From NCBI GenBank assembly GCA_963705295.1, contig OY970065.1, positions 256,001 through 320,000 of the forward strand: 64,000 bases of DNA, read 5' to 3'. Under the pieces are notes generated by a model, which did no database searches, was not told the DNA's origin, and saw only the letters and a program-made list of their open reading frames with translations. Of this stretch, positions 1-9,970 are shown piece after piece (position 1 is the stretch's first letter; every line of letters starts with the position of its first letter). The translations under genes and the position numbers were made by a program. This stretch comes from Parachlamydiales bacterium (lineage in GTDB: Bacteria > Chlamydiota > Chlamydiia > Chlamydiales > Rhabdochlamydiaceae).

Positions 1-312
1 CAATTCCAAAAAGTTGTTCAGCCGGGAGTTAAGCTCGTCGATCCAGCAGAGTCGTGTGCACAGGCTGTGAAAGAATTACTATTCTCAGAAAATTTAGCTA
101 ACCCTTCAAATGAGACCCCTCATTATCAATTCGTCGTTTCCGATGATCCAGAAAGATTCAGAAACCTGGGAGCTGTTTTTCTAGAATCGCCTTTAGATAC
201 TGTCATTGAATTAAAAAAAAGAGTGAATTTTTTTTACAGACCTGATTATATTCTCACCTTCGGAGGAAATACCCATGACCCACAAGAAAAGAATTTTATT
301 GATCGAGGATGA
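1..312 (+). CDS. murI: Glutamate racemase, C-terminal part (5'-truncated by window)
   Basis: Frame 1 is open from base 1: QFQKVVQPGVKLVDPAESCAQAVKELL...YQFVVSDDPERFRNLGAVFL, matching the typical MurI C-terminus (LIDSA..TA..V; F.VTDDPERF). Confidence 0.75.
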   Translation, partial: QFQKVVQPGVKLVDPAESCAQAVKELLFSENLANPSNETPHYQFVVSDDPERFRNLGAVFLESPLDTVIELKKRVNFFYRPDYILTFGGNTHDPQEKNFIDRG

Positions 313-988
313 AGAAGATATCGCCGCTCTCATCAAACTTCAGGCGGAACTATTAGGTTATAAACTCCATGTTGAAGTCGATGGTCTCAATGGTTACCGG
401 GCCATTGAACGAGAAAAACCCGATCTTGTGATTCTCGATATCATGTTGCCGGGTCAAAATGGATTTGATATTTGCCGGAAAATAAAAAGTAATCCTGATC
501 TGAAAAATATTCCTGTCGTCATTCTCTCAGCGAAAGGAGAAGAGCTCGATGTGATCTTAGGCCTTGAACTCGGAGCCGATGATTATGTCGCAAAACCGTT
601 TTCACCAAAAATTCTGTTCTCCCGTATAAAGGCGGTTCTCAGACGAGGAAAAGAGCCTGAGAAAACCCCTAAGGTCATTATTTTTGGAGATTTTGTTCTA
701 GAAGTCGACCGGTATCTTCTTAGAAAAGGGGATAAAACCATCGGTATTACTCTATCCGAATTTGGAATCCTTAAAAGACTTTTGACAAATCGAGGAAAAG
801 TGCTCACGCGGAACCAACTTTTGGATGATATTCACAACGATGATGCTTTCATCGTCGATAGAAATATCGATGTTCATATTGCTTCTCTACGCAAAAAACT
901 GGGGCCGAATTTCGAATGGATTGAAACCGTGCGGGGTGTGGGATATCGGTTTAAAGAAGAGTCTACTCCTGCTCTAGCAAAAAAATAA
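275..988 (+). CDS. OmpR/PhoB-family DNA-binding response regulator
   Basis: Receiver domain (ILLIEDE, DLVILDIMLP, GADDYVAKPF) plus winged helix (RNIDVHIASLRKKL, IETVRGVGYRF); GGAGG RBS at ~262. Confidence 0.95.
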   Translation: MTHKKRILLIEDEEDIAALIKLQAELLGYKLHVEVDGLNGYRAIEREKPDLVILDIMLPGQNGFDICRKIKSNPDLKNIPVVILSAKGEELDVILGLELGADDYVAKPFSPKILFSRIKAVLRRGKEPEKTPKVIIFGDFVLEVDRYLLRKGDKTIGITLSEFGILKRLLTNRGKVLTRNQLLDDIHNDDAFIVDRNIDVHIASLRKKLGPNFEWIETVRGVGYRFKEESTPALAKK

Positions 989-997
989 GTTCTTTTC

Positions 998-2176
998 TTG
1001 AGACGTACACGCGCAATTCCCATTTTTCTAACCTATTTCCTCGATCACTTCGGATTTGCTATTGTTTTCCTTTTATTTGGCCCTTTAATTCTCAATAATA
1101 AACCCCTAGGGATAGAAGAGCAATCATCGGTATCCATTTTATTTACTTTACTTGTTTTTCCTTTAGCCCAATCGATGGGAGCACCTATCATTGGAACCAT
1201 TTCAGATAAAATTGGAAGAAAAAAAACCTTCTTGTATTCGATAGCGGGCACGGTTATTGGGAACCTTCTTTCGGGAATGGCTTTTTTATTCCATAATATT
1301 TTTCTCCTCATTGCAGGTCGGATTGTCACGGGATTTTGTGCCGGTAATTTAACCCTTTGTCTCGCTTCTCTTGCTGACATGTCTCAAAACGAAAAAGATA
1401 AGGTCAATAATTTTAGCCAACTCACCGCGATTTCTGGGATCAGTTATATCTTCGCTGTTCTCTCTGCAGATATTTTCTCGAAACTATCTCCCAGCACTCT
1501 CTTTTGGATAACGTCATTCCTTGGAATTCTCAATATTTCTCTTCTCGTCGTCCTTTTTCAAGAGACGAGGAAGAAAACGACCCCTTTTGTCTTCTGGAGA
1601 GTCGCGCCAGGATTCAAGAGAATTTTCCAAAATCGTTCACTAAATTATCTTTACATCTGTTTTTTTCTCTTTATGCTCTGCTGGGTTCCTGCACTGCAGT
1701 ATTTACCCGAACTTCTACTCAATCGTTTTCATTTCTCCGATGAAGAAGTTTCCATCTTTCTGATCGCTTTGGGTGGACTTTGGTCGGTTTCAAACTGGCT
1801 CCTCAGTCGATTTGGTATTCCATTTTCTCCCCATTTTCTTTTCCGTTTATTGCTCCTTCTTGCTTCTTTTTTGATTCTTGCAGGGACCCTTCCAACCGCA
1901 TCCCTTTTTCTCATTTCATTTATCGTCACTCTGATTGGAGCTGCAGTCACATGGACCTATCTTTTTGTCGGCATTTCTGATCACGCGTCTTTGTCCGACC
2001 AAGGTGAAGTTTTGGGTCTCAGTCAATCGATTGGAACGTTTGGTGTTCTGCTCGGACTCGGATTGAAACGGTATTTTGTTTCTTTTTATCCTCATCAATA
2101 TTACCTCCTTGCGGGTATTCTGATCCTATTTGCCGCACTGATCGCGAGCTTTTCCCGCTTTAAAATAAAATCTTGA
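998..2176 (+). CDS. MFS transporter (TetA/DHA1-like)
   Basis: About 12 hydrophobic helices; MFS motif A (GTISDKIGRK); GRIVTGF. Confidence 0.85.
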   Translation: MRRTRAIPIFLTYFLDHFGFAIVFLLFGPLILNNKPLGIEEQSSVSILFTLLVFPLAQSMGAPIIGTISDKIGRKKTFLYSIAGTVIGNLLSGMAFLFHNIFLLIAGRIVTGFCAGNLTLCLASLADMSQNEKDKVNNFSQLTAISGISYIFAVLSADIFSKLSPSTLFWITSFLGILNISLLVVLFQETRKKTTPFVFWRVAPGFKRIFQNRSLNYLYICFFLFMLCWVPALQYLPELLLNRFHFSDEEVSIFLIALGGLWSVSNWLLSRFGIPFSPHFLFRLLLLLASFLILAGTLPTASLFLISFIVTLIGAAVTWTYLFVGISDHASLSDQGEVLGLSQSIGTFGVLLGLGLKRYFVSFYPHQYYLLAGILILFAALIASFSRFKIKS

Positions 2177-2193
2177 TAGGCTATTTTAAAAGT

Positions 2194-2637
2194 ATGGTTC
2201 GAGCCCCGTTGATTTTTCTTACATTACTAACCCTCATGAGTTGTGAAAATAGAGCTGAAACGGGAGCCTTGGCGGGTGCCGGAACCGGTGCATTAGCTGG
2301 GGGTCTTATCTCCCATTCAGCCACAGGGGTGTTAGTGGGCGGCGCTGTCGGTGCTGCAACAGGTGCCGTCATTGGTGCTGCTCTCGATGCATCGGATAGG
2401 GATTCTCTCGATCGTGAAAGCCCTCGAACACTGCGGAGAATCGACCGCGGCGAACAACTATCGACCGATGATATCAAAAAAATGTCCAAAGCAGGTCTTA
2501 GTGATGATGTCATTATGAATCAGATCGATGCCACCCACAGTGTTTTCTATTTGAGCACTGCCGATATCGTCGATCTCAAAAAGGCAGGCGTCTCGCAACG
2601 GGTGATCAACTATATGATCCAAACCGGAAATAAGTGA
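2194..2637 (+). CDS. Glycine-zipper lipoprotein
   Basis: Signal with lipobox LMS-C, then GALAGAGTGALAGG/GGAVGAATGAVIG glycine zipper and two short repeats (LSTDDIKKMSKAGLS / LSTADIVDLKKAGVS). ATG 2194 preferred over TTG 2173. Confidence 0.8.
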   Translation: MVRAPLIFLTLLTLMSCENRAETGALAGAGTGALAGGLISHSATGVLVGGAVGAATGAVIGAALDASDRDSLDRESPRTLRRIDRGEQLSTDDIKKMSKAGLSDDVIMNQIDATHSVFYLSTADIVDLKKAGVSQRVINYMIQTGNK

Positions 2638-2668
2638 ACTTAAAATCCATTTCATGAATACTTAAGGA

Positions 2669-3598
2669 ATGAGTTTCTACCAGCAGACTTTGCTTAAATT
2701 CGTTCGCATCACGAGAATGTACAGGGTATTCCACCTCGTTTTCTTCGTTGTTTTTGCAGCAGAGCTATTGACGCTCCTTTTATTTTTGCCATTTTTGGCC
2801 AAAAGCTACCTCTTGGCTGTGGTTGTGGCCTCGACTTTTCTAACGGCTTTTTCTTATTTCGTCCTCAGGTTCTATTTTCAAACCAAAAAACCTGAACAAC
2901 TTCTCGAACTCCGGTCCGAATTTATTGAAAATTGTGAAAACTTTTTTCAAGAAACCGTTGTTCAACTCATCCAAAAGTTAGAAGGATTGGAATTCCACTA
3001 TTACTCCCTTCCTTCCATTTTTGGATCGGTGTCCCCTTTGGTTAAAAAATTTAGCGCGTGGTCTCATTTTGAAGATGTCCTTTTGTTTAAAGAACTCCTC
3101 TATTCCCATCTTCTGAAAATCGAATTAGAAGCCGTTAAAAATAATCCTACGAATACCGAACTTCACCGCAACCTCGCGAAAAGTTATATTGCTTTCTATC
3201 ATCTCTATCGGGATTCAGGAACCGCTCCTTATCCTTTTATTACGAAGCGGTACACATCTGCTGAAATAGTTCAAAAGTTTCAAAAAAACGCAAAATGTGC
3301 TTTAGAAGAGCTTAAAATTGTACTCCACTTTGTCCCCTTGGATCCTTGGGCATTAACCCAGCTTGGAAAAGTTTATCGAGATCTCGATCAAAAAGATGAA
3401 GAACGTAAAATCTACGAAATTCTTCTCCAACTTATCCCGGACGAACAAGAAATCCGATACCGGCTCGGGGTTGTCTATTTTCAGCTCGGTTTCATGGCCA
3501 GTGGACTCACGATTTACGAAGAGTTTCGTCAAATGAACGACCCCAAAGCACAAGAGCTCATCGGGCACTATGATGCTTTCCACACTCAGAGCATGTAA
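2669..3598 (+). CDS. Membrane-anchored TPR protein
   Basis: Two N-terminal TM helices; C-terminal TPRs (ALTQLGKVYRDL, IRYRLGVVYFQLG). Confidence 0.7.
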   Translation: MSFYQQTLLKFVRITRMYRVFHLVFFVVFAAELLTLLLFLPFLAKSYLLAVVVASTFLTAFSYFVLRFYFQTKKPEQLLELRSEFIENCENFFQETVVQLIQKLEGLEFHYYSLPSIFGSVSPLVKKFSAWSHFEDVLLFKELLYSHLLKIELEAVKNNPTNTELHRNLAKSYIAFYHLYRDSGTAPYPFITKRYTSAEIVQKFQKNAKCALEELKIVLHFVPLDPWALTQLGKVYRDLDQKDEERKIYEILLQLIPDEQEIRYRLGVVYFQLGFMASGLTIYEEFRQMNDPKAQELIGHYDAFHTQSM

Positions 3599-3666
3599 TT
3601 TTTGTAATTTTTAAGGACAAAAAAACGGTTTGTGAGCACACTCTAAGAAAAATTACCAGGGGATTT

Positions 3667-6294
3667 ATGAGTAAATTTTTTATTTCAATGTGCCTCTATT
3701 TTTTGGCAACATCGGCTACTTCCGATCTTTCTATTGATGAAGCTTTTTTTCTCAAGAGGGTGACCGAATTTTGGAAGGATAAAGATTTTGTCTTGGTAAA
3801 AACCCAAATCCAAGAATTCGTTTCCGTCCATCCGAACTCAACCATACACGATCATCTGCAAGCCATTCTAGCTGACATTCTGTATCAGGAAAAAGATTAC
3901 AAAACGGCCCTAGAATATTACCAAAAAATCACAGACTCTACCTTGGAGCAAAAAACTCTAAGCCGAAAGTGTCAATGTCTCTACCTCCAAGGCGATTTCG
4001 ATGGTGTGATTTCTATATTAACTCCCCGCTTAGAAGAGTTCGGTGAGCACAAAGAAGAGATGCAGTTTTTACTCGGGGATTCTTTATTCCGGAAACTCCG
4101 TCACCTCGAAGGCAGCCAGCAAAACGAACTCGCTCTTCTAGCAAAACCCATTTTACTCGCCCTTTATGATACCGGATACCAAGACAAAGTTCTCCTTCCT
4201 CTAGCTGAGATCCACCGGATCTTAAATGAAAATTCTCAAGCTGCCAACTTTTATACCCAGTTCATGGAGAAAACACCGGAGAAAAAAGAAGAAATACTGC
4301 TCCAAATTGCTTCTCTGCAAATCAGTTATGATAAAAATAAGGCTATAGAAACGTATCAACAAATCGTCGATCTGGGCCAAAGTAAAGCCGGTGAAGCGGC
4401 CTATAATGAACTTGTTCTCCTGACCCAAGAAAATCGGTTTTTGGAACTGATCAACCGAGCAACGACCTTATCTCCTCATTTCACCGACGAAAAGAAAGCC
4501 CTTTTCGATTTCTGCATGGGGCGAAGTCACTTCAAGTTGGATCATTTAACAGCTGCTACCTTGTATTTTGAAAAATATCTCCAAGAAGAGAGTGAAAGCA
4601 CTCCGTATAAACGGGCGGCTTTTTTAACCTTGATCGTTTGCGCTCAGAAAACACAAAACGAACCTCTCTTTGACAGAACTGTCGAACAATTCCTTTCAGC
4701 ATTCCCGAAAGATGAAGAGGCTGGAAAAGCTCTGCTGCTGCACGCTCAGACAGCTCTGCAAACGGGCAATGTTGAACAAGCCTCTTTGGATTTGGAAAAA
4801 CTCGTGACAGAATTCCCTAATATTCCTGAAAAAGAAACGTTGATGTACGACCATGCCCTTTTACTCTGTAAAATGAAAAAATGGGGTGAGAGTCGGACAG
4901 CCTTTCTCTCTTACATCCAGGAATTTCCGGATACGCCCCATTTAAACTTGAGCTGGCATTCGATCTTACATTGCTCCGTGCAAGAACTGAAAGAAAATGG
5001 GTCTGTTGAAAAAAAGGTCCAACTGACTACAGACCTTCAGCAAACTCTAGCTAAATCCGACCTCTTTTCTCCCGAAGAAGAATCGAATTACCGGTTTTTA
5101 CTGGGAGAACTTCTCTTCGATCTAGAACATTATGACGATGCTTTAGCCCATTTGGTTCAGTTTTGCACCCAGTTCCCTAACCATTCTTCCATACCACAAG
5201 CACTTCTCCTGCAAGCCAATATCCACTACGCCTTGAAATCTTCTCCCGAGATTTTTATTGAAGTTGCTGAAAAAGCCCTAGTAACCACTCAAGAGACAAA
5301 CAATAAAAAAGCACTGAGACTTCAGCTTTTCAACTCATATTTACATCTAAAAGAATACGACAAAGCAGCCGATTATCTCTATCAGAGCTACATCACCGAT
5401 GATGCGGTCATTCACCTCGAAAATCAAATTTGGCTCGCCCGTCATTATTTGAAACAAGAAGATAGAAGCAAAGTGTTTCAAATCTATAAGAAAATGCTCG
5501 AGGTCGATGAAAACTTTGTCCTCCATTTCAACCCACAAGATACTGCTTTAGAAACAGAAGCTTTGAAATTTTCGGAACTACTCCCTGAAACCAATAAATT
5601 AGCTCTTCTGATCTCACTCAGAGAGATGCAGAACCAAAATTCTGGGACCTGGAAATGCCAAGAAAGAGTTTTATTCGAGCTTGGACAACTCTTCCTCGCT
5701 TCAAAAGAACAAAACAGAGCTTTGGAACTGTTCGATGAATTGATTAGTAGTGGAAATACCTCTCATTTTGTTCATGCAGCTTTACTCGAAAAAAGTCGCC
5801 TTCTTCTCTCTAAATTCGAAGAAAAAGATGAAACCAACCCAACGATTGTCAAAATCTTATCGACGTTGAAAGATCTACAAATTCAGAAAAATCTCTCTCA
5901 TGAGCCTCTTTATTTGGAGGCAGCCTTAGAATATGCCGATGTTCGTGTGGCGATGGCCTCTCCAGAGTCTCGTCTTGAATCGGCGATATTTTTCCTCAAT
6001 CGGATTAAAGACGATTTTAATGATCGAAGTGATAACCTCTCTCGTGAATACCAAGATTCTCGTTTACGCTTTCCTGAAAAGGACACTCTGTTTCAAAATT
6101 ATATGAAATGCATCGAAGCCGAAATCTTGTGTTATGAAACAAGACTCGCAAAAGATCAAAAAGATGATGAGAAGGCAAAAAGATCGAGTGAAATTGCTTT
6201 TACTCTCCTCGAGGAAATCTTAAAGGATGAAAAAATAACCCCATATCTGAAAAATAGAGCCGAAGCTAATTTGATAATACTGAAATCATCATGA
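3667..6294 (+). CDS. Large secreted/periplasmic TPR-repeat protein
   Basis: Signal peptide, then many TPRs with BamD/YbgF-like 'F...FP' turns (FLSAFPKD, LVTEFPN, YIQEFPDT, FCTQFPNH). Confidence 0.75.
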   Translation: MSKFFISMCLYFLATSATSDLSIDEAFFLKRVTEFWKDKDFVLVKTQIQEFVSVHPNSTIHDHLQAILADILYQEKDYKTALEYYQKITDSTLEQKTLSRKCQCLYLQGDFDGVISILTPRLEEFGEHKEEMQFLLGDSLFRKLRHLEGSQQNELALLAKPILLALYDTGYQDKVLLPLAEIHRILNENSQAANFYTQFMEKTPEKKEEILLQIASLQISYDKNKAIETYQQIVDLGQSKAGEAAYNELVLLTQENRFLELINRATTLSPHFTDEKKALFDFCMGRSHFKLDHLTAATLYFEKYLQEESESTPYKRAAFLTLIVCAQKTQNEPLFDRTVEQFLSAFPKDEEAGKALLLHAQTALQTGNVEQASLDLEKLVTEFPNIPEKETLMYDHALLLCKMKKWGESRTAFLSYIQEFPDTPHLNLSWHSILHCSVQELKENGSVEKKVQLTTDLQQTLAKSDLFSPEEESNYRFLLGELLFDLEHYDDALAHLVQFCTQFPNHSSIPQALLLQANIHYALKSSPEIFIEVAEKALVTTQETNNKKALRLQLFNSYLHLKEYDKAADYLYQSYITDDAVIHLENQIWLARHYLKQEDRSKVFQIYKKMLEVDENFVLHFNPQDTALETEALKFSELLPETNKLALLISLREMQNQNSGTWKCQERVLFELGQLFLASKEQNRALELFDELISSGNTSHFVHAALLEKSRLLLSKFEEKDETNPTIVKILSTLKDLQIQKNLSHEPLYLEAALEYADVRVAMASPESRLESAIFFLNRIKDDFNDRSDNLSREYQDSRLRFPEKDTLFQNYMKCIEAEILCYETRLAKDQKDDEKAKRSSEIAFTLLEEILKDEKITPYLKNRAEANLIILKSS

Positions 6295-8015
6295 GAAATT
6301 CTCTACTTGCGAAATGTCTGCTGGTCTCTGCAGCGCTACATGCAGCTGCTGCTCTCCTTTTTTTATCTCGTCCTCTCCATCTCACGACCCGTTTTTCGAC
6401 ATTTCTCGGAAAAACACCACCCACAGCCTACGAAGACGATGAAATTGCAAGAAAAGGAGAGGCTTTAAAAGACGCTTTTGAGTCGTTTGTCTCGTTATCC
6501 TCTCTCAAGAAAATTCCGTTCGAGCCCCAAATTGCATCTTTTGAAAACAAACCTTTATCATTAAAAAAGCCCTCCCTTCTTCTTCCAGAGGACTACGAAA
6601 CCCCCGCTCCCAATAAACTTCCCTTACCAGAGCTAGAAATTCCTCAAGAACGAATTACTATGAAAAGTTCTCCTTCGATGATCACCCTTGCGCTAACCTC
6701 CATCCAGCCTGTCGATGTAGATCCGTTTGAAGTCGTCCCCCATTTCACTCTTCCAATTTCTACAGGATCTTCTGATTTGGAAATATCCCCCTCTGCAGAA
6801 AGTTCTTTCATCACTCAGACTCCGAAAATTTTCTCGATGGATACAGTAGCTCCTGAAGCTTTAGTAACGGCTCCCTACTTTCCAAAATTGGAGGATGAAC
6901 CGTTCCTTCAGACCCCGATCACCTCTTCCTTCACGATGGAGCAATCTCAGGCGGTGGAGAACCTTTATGTCGCTTCCCTGTCATCGTATGGGATCCCCGA
7001 GCTCCATGTTTTAGACTGGAATGAAACCTTCGATGTCGAAGTAAAAACCTTAAAACAAGAAGAAGATGGGTATCTTTTTTCCATTTCCCTTCTTCCAAAA
7101 GTCAATTTGGCTCAGTTTCGGATGAAACAAAACTTCTATTTTTTAATCGACAGGTCCAATTCCATCGAAAAGCATCGGTACCAAACCTTTAAACGAGCCG
7201 TGAGCCGCACCATTCAATCGCTGCACGAAGACGATTATTTCAACATCATCATCTTCGATGCGAAGGCAGTTCGCTTGAGTGATATACCTCTTCCTTGTAC
7301 AAAAAAGAACCAAAAATTGGCTGAAGAGTTTCTAGAAAAAGAGCCTCGGGGAATTTTTAAAGCTGCTACAGATATTTATTCTTCTTTGAATCAGATCATT
7401 CCCACTCAGGTCAATTCCGAAGAAGCTCATACGGCTATTTTGATTTCCGATGGAGACTCGACTTTAAAACCAGATAAACAACGGAATTTCATCAACACAT
7501 GGCTCAAAAACAACCTAGGAAGAGTGACCCTCTATACAGCAGCCGTCGGTGGTGGAAATAATCTTCCCATTCTAGATCTTTTGGGCACTGCAGGTCGAGG
7601 CTCTCTTCTCTATTCAGACACTCATTCGGGGTTCCCACGAAAACTGGCGAAACTTGTGCTCGGCCTCCGCTACCCGATTGCCAAAGATATGACTTTCTCG
7701 ATCACACCCTCTTCGAAAATTCAGCTTTGTCCTTCTTCCAGCCGACTTCCATTTCTATTTGGCGACCGGCCTTACACATTCTATGGAAAAGCCGATACTC
7801 TCTCCGATTTTACCCTTACCTTAGAAGGTAAAAATCAGGGAAATCTTCTCACGATAAAAAAAGATATTTCGTTTGCAAAAGCCAAACCCGCATCGCGGCT
7901 TCTCTCTAAAGATTGGGCCCTTGAACAAGCCCATATTTGCTACGAAAAATATCTCAAAGAAGGAAAGTTGACGTTCTTAGAAGAGGCAAAAAAACTTGCG
8001 GATTCTAAGCGGTAG
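6291..8015 (+). CDS. VWA-domain protein with N-terminal anchor and Pro/Ser/Thr-rich linker
   Basis: MIDAS motif FLIDRSNSI, FNIIIFD, ATDI, ILISDG; ATGA overlap with the upstream gene. Confidence 0.8.
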   Translation: MRNSLLAKCLLVSAALHAAAALLFLSRPLHLTTRFSTFLGKTPPTAYEDDEIARKGEALKDAFESFVSLSSLKKIPFEPQIASFENKPLSLKKPSLLLPEDYETPAPNKLPLPELEIPQERITMKSSPSMITLALTSIQPVDVDPFEVVPHFTLPISTGSSDLEISPSAESSFITQTPKIFSMDTVAPEALVTAPYFPKLEDEPFLQTPITSSFTMEQSQAVENLYVASLSSYGIPELHVLDWNETFDVEVKTLKQEEDGYLFSISLLPKVNLAQFRMKQNFYFLIDRSNSIEKHRYQTFKRAVSRTIQSLHEDDYFNIIIFDAKAVRLSDIPLPCTKKNQKLAEEFLEKEPRGIFKAATDIYSSLNQIIPTQVNSEEAHTAILISDGDSTLKPDKQRNFINTWLKNNLGRVTLYTAAVGGGNNLPILDLLGTAGRGSLLYSDTHSGFPRKLAKLVLGLRYPIAKDMTFSITPSSKIQLCPSSSRLPFLFGDRPYTFYGKADTLSDFTLTLEGKNQGNLLTIKKDISFAKAKPASRLLSKDWALEQAHICYEKYLKEGKLTFLEEAKKLADSKR

Positions 8016-8544
8016 TTTCAAAGGCAGGCCCTTAATTGCACCGAAAGGGTCTCAAACAAGGCCTACCCTATCTATCGTGCGGAAAGCTGTCTTTGACATC
8101 CTGCAGCCTGCTGTTTCAGGAGCTGATTTTCTCGACCTATTCGCTGGAAGCGGCGCCATGGGGATTGAAGCTCTGAGCCGTGGTGCGAGACGATCGGTTT
8201 TTGTAGAAAATCATAGAGAAGCCGTTCGAGCCCTCCATAAAAACTTAAATCTTCTTAAAATCGACGCCGTTGTTCTTGCAGGCGATGTTTTGACAGTTTT
8301 AAAAAAACTCGAAAAACAAAAAGAAACCTTCCAAATCATCTATGCCGATCCACCCTATCAACTAAAACATCTTTATACCGAGCTCCTTCAATTTCTCGAC
8401 ACAGCGTCTCTCCTGCAGCCGGGCGGGTATCTTTTTCTAGAAAGCCGGTCTCCTATCGAAGAACTGCCACTTAAGCAACTCGTCTTGATCGACAAACGGC
8501 GGTTTGGGACGTCGCTCTTGCACCAATATCGGCGCACCCGTTAG
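7996..8544 (+). CDS. rsmD: 16S rRNA m2G966 methyltransferase
   Basis: MRILSGSFKGR, TRPT, LDLFAGSGAMGIEALSRGA, DPPY. Confidence 0.95.
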   Translation: MRILSGSFKGRPLIAPKGSQTRPTLSIVRKAVFDILQPAVSGADFLDLFAGSGAMGIEALSRGARRSVFVENHREAVRALHKNLNLLKIDAVVLAGDVLTVLKKLEKQKETFQIIYADPPYQLKHLYTELLQFLDTASLLQPGGYLFLESRSPIEELPLKQLVLIDKRRFGTSLLHQYRRTR

Positions 8545-8553
8545 TTTAAGGAC

Positions 8554-9021
8554 ATGAGAGCACTCTTTGCTGGAACCTTTGATCCCCCTTCTTTAGGGCA
8601 TTTAGATTTAATCGAAAGAGCTTCAAAACTGTGTGATGAGCTCGTCGTTGGTATTGGTGTCAATCCCAATAAAAAGACCGTTTTTTCTACCGAGAAGCGG
8701 ATGGAAATGCTCCACACCATCACCAAATCTCTTCGGAACATTCAGATTGTAGCCATTTCGGGCCTACTGGTCGATTTTGCTCATAAAAATAAAATTCCTC
8801 TCCTCATTCGAGGGCTCCGCTCTTTTTCAGAACTCGACCGTGAAATGCAACTCGCCATCATGAATAAAAATCTGACCGGCATTGAAACCGTTTTCCTTCC
8901 CTCCAATCCTCTCTACGCACATATCACCTCTTCTCTGATCCGAGAGCTGATCCTCAATAAAGCCGACTTAAGTTCGGTTGTTCCAGCATCGATCCAGAAG
9001 AAAGTCCTCATCCAAAGATAA
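8554..9021 (+). CDS. coaD: Phosphopantetheine adenylyltransferase
   Basis: GTFDPPSLGHLDLIERA, LIRGLR, IETVFL, ITSSLIRE; follows rsmD as usual. Confidence 0.95.
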   Translation: MRALFAGTFDPPSLGHLDLIERASKLCDELVVGIGVNPNKKTVFSTEKRMEMLHTITKSLRNIQIVAISGLLVDFAHKNKIPLLIRGLRSFSELDREMQLAIMNKNLTGIETVFLPSNPLYAHITSSLIRELILNKADLSSVVPASIQKKVLIQR

Positions 9022-9928
9022 GCTTCCAATCCAGCGTTCCGATAAGAATGCCCAAAGCACAGACAGCATTGGCTTTCCAATTGACCTGTTCTTTGTAAAG
9101 CCATTTACCCCATAGATTGCAAAAGACAATGATGGTCACAGCAAAGAGCGGAAAAATCATCGCTTGCTCAACAGGAGAAGAAACCTCAGTAGCCCAGATC
9201 AAAAAAAATGTTCCAACACCATTGGCAATTCCGCCCAGTGTTCCAAACAAAACCTCGCCCGATTTTGGCTTCCGCTTTTCAGAGAGAAAATAGATCGCTG
9301 TTTGGATCACAAAAGCTGCGAAAAAAACCATCGGCATGAACCACTGACTCTTGGCATCTTCCAGCCCAAACGAAAGGAAAAGGGCTGTCGTCCCTGGATA
9401 ATTGACAAATAAAGCTCTCCAACTCAGAAAAACTAAAAAAACCGCATGCAGAGCAAAGGCCGACAAAACGTAGAAAAGCCAGCTCGATTTCTTTTCGTGT
9501 GTCGACGTTTGCCAACCAGCCCAAAATAGCCCCCCAATCACGAGCAGCGATCCAATCCCATTCCAAAGGGTGTATTTGTATCCAAACGTCGCACCAAAGA
9601 AAAGGATCATCAGAACCGAAGGCATCACTGTCGAAGCATTCAGAGCAGCAAACGTTAGCCCCGGAGGCCCTTTTTCCAATGCCCTACCAAGCGAAGCCAT
9701 CATGAGTGCCAGAACTACACCTCCCACCATGCCAAAGAGGGCCATCGAATGGCTCCAATGGTAATCACCACTTCGAACTGGATTTAAAAAAATCGCGACC
9801 AAAAAGACGAGAAATAGCTGAATCATCAAAAACGCTTTGGTCGTTCCACCCGCATCGATGCTCTTTCGCATGCAATAATTTGAAAAAGCAATGAACAATG
9901 CCGCTACTAAAATGAGCTGTATTCCCAT
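9008..9928 (-). CDS. DMT/EamA-family transporter
   Basis: About 10 TM helices in two similar halves; AGGAG RBS. Confidence 0.75.
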   Translation of the reverse strand: MGIQLILVAALFIAFSNYCMRKSIDAGGTTKAFLMIQLFLVFLVAIFLNPVRSGDYHWSHSMALFGMVGGVVLALMMASLGRALEKGPPGLTFAALNASTVMPSVLMILFFGATFGYKYTLWNGIGSLLVIGGLFWAGWQTSTHEKKSSWLFYVLSAFALHAVFLVFLSWRALFVNYPGTTALFLSFGLEDAKSQWFMPMVFFAAFVIQTAIYFLSEKRKPKSGEVLFGTLGGIANGVGTFFLIWATEVSSPVEQAMIFPLFAVTIIVFCNLWGKWLYKEQVNWKANAVCALGILIGTLDWKLIFG

Positions 9929-9970
9929 ATAAAAATTCTCCTAGAATTACAACTATTTATGACGCGTTTA

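Noticed and set aside
205..312. A8/T8 runs and a 38-bp murI overlap with the response regulator (A7 would stop murI at ~225)
   Set aside because: Affects only a non-catalytic tail; 8-mer A/T runs are common here; no support for a switch.
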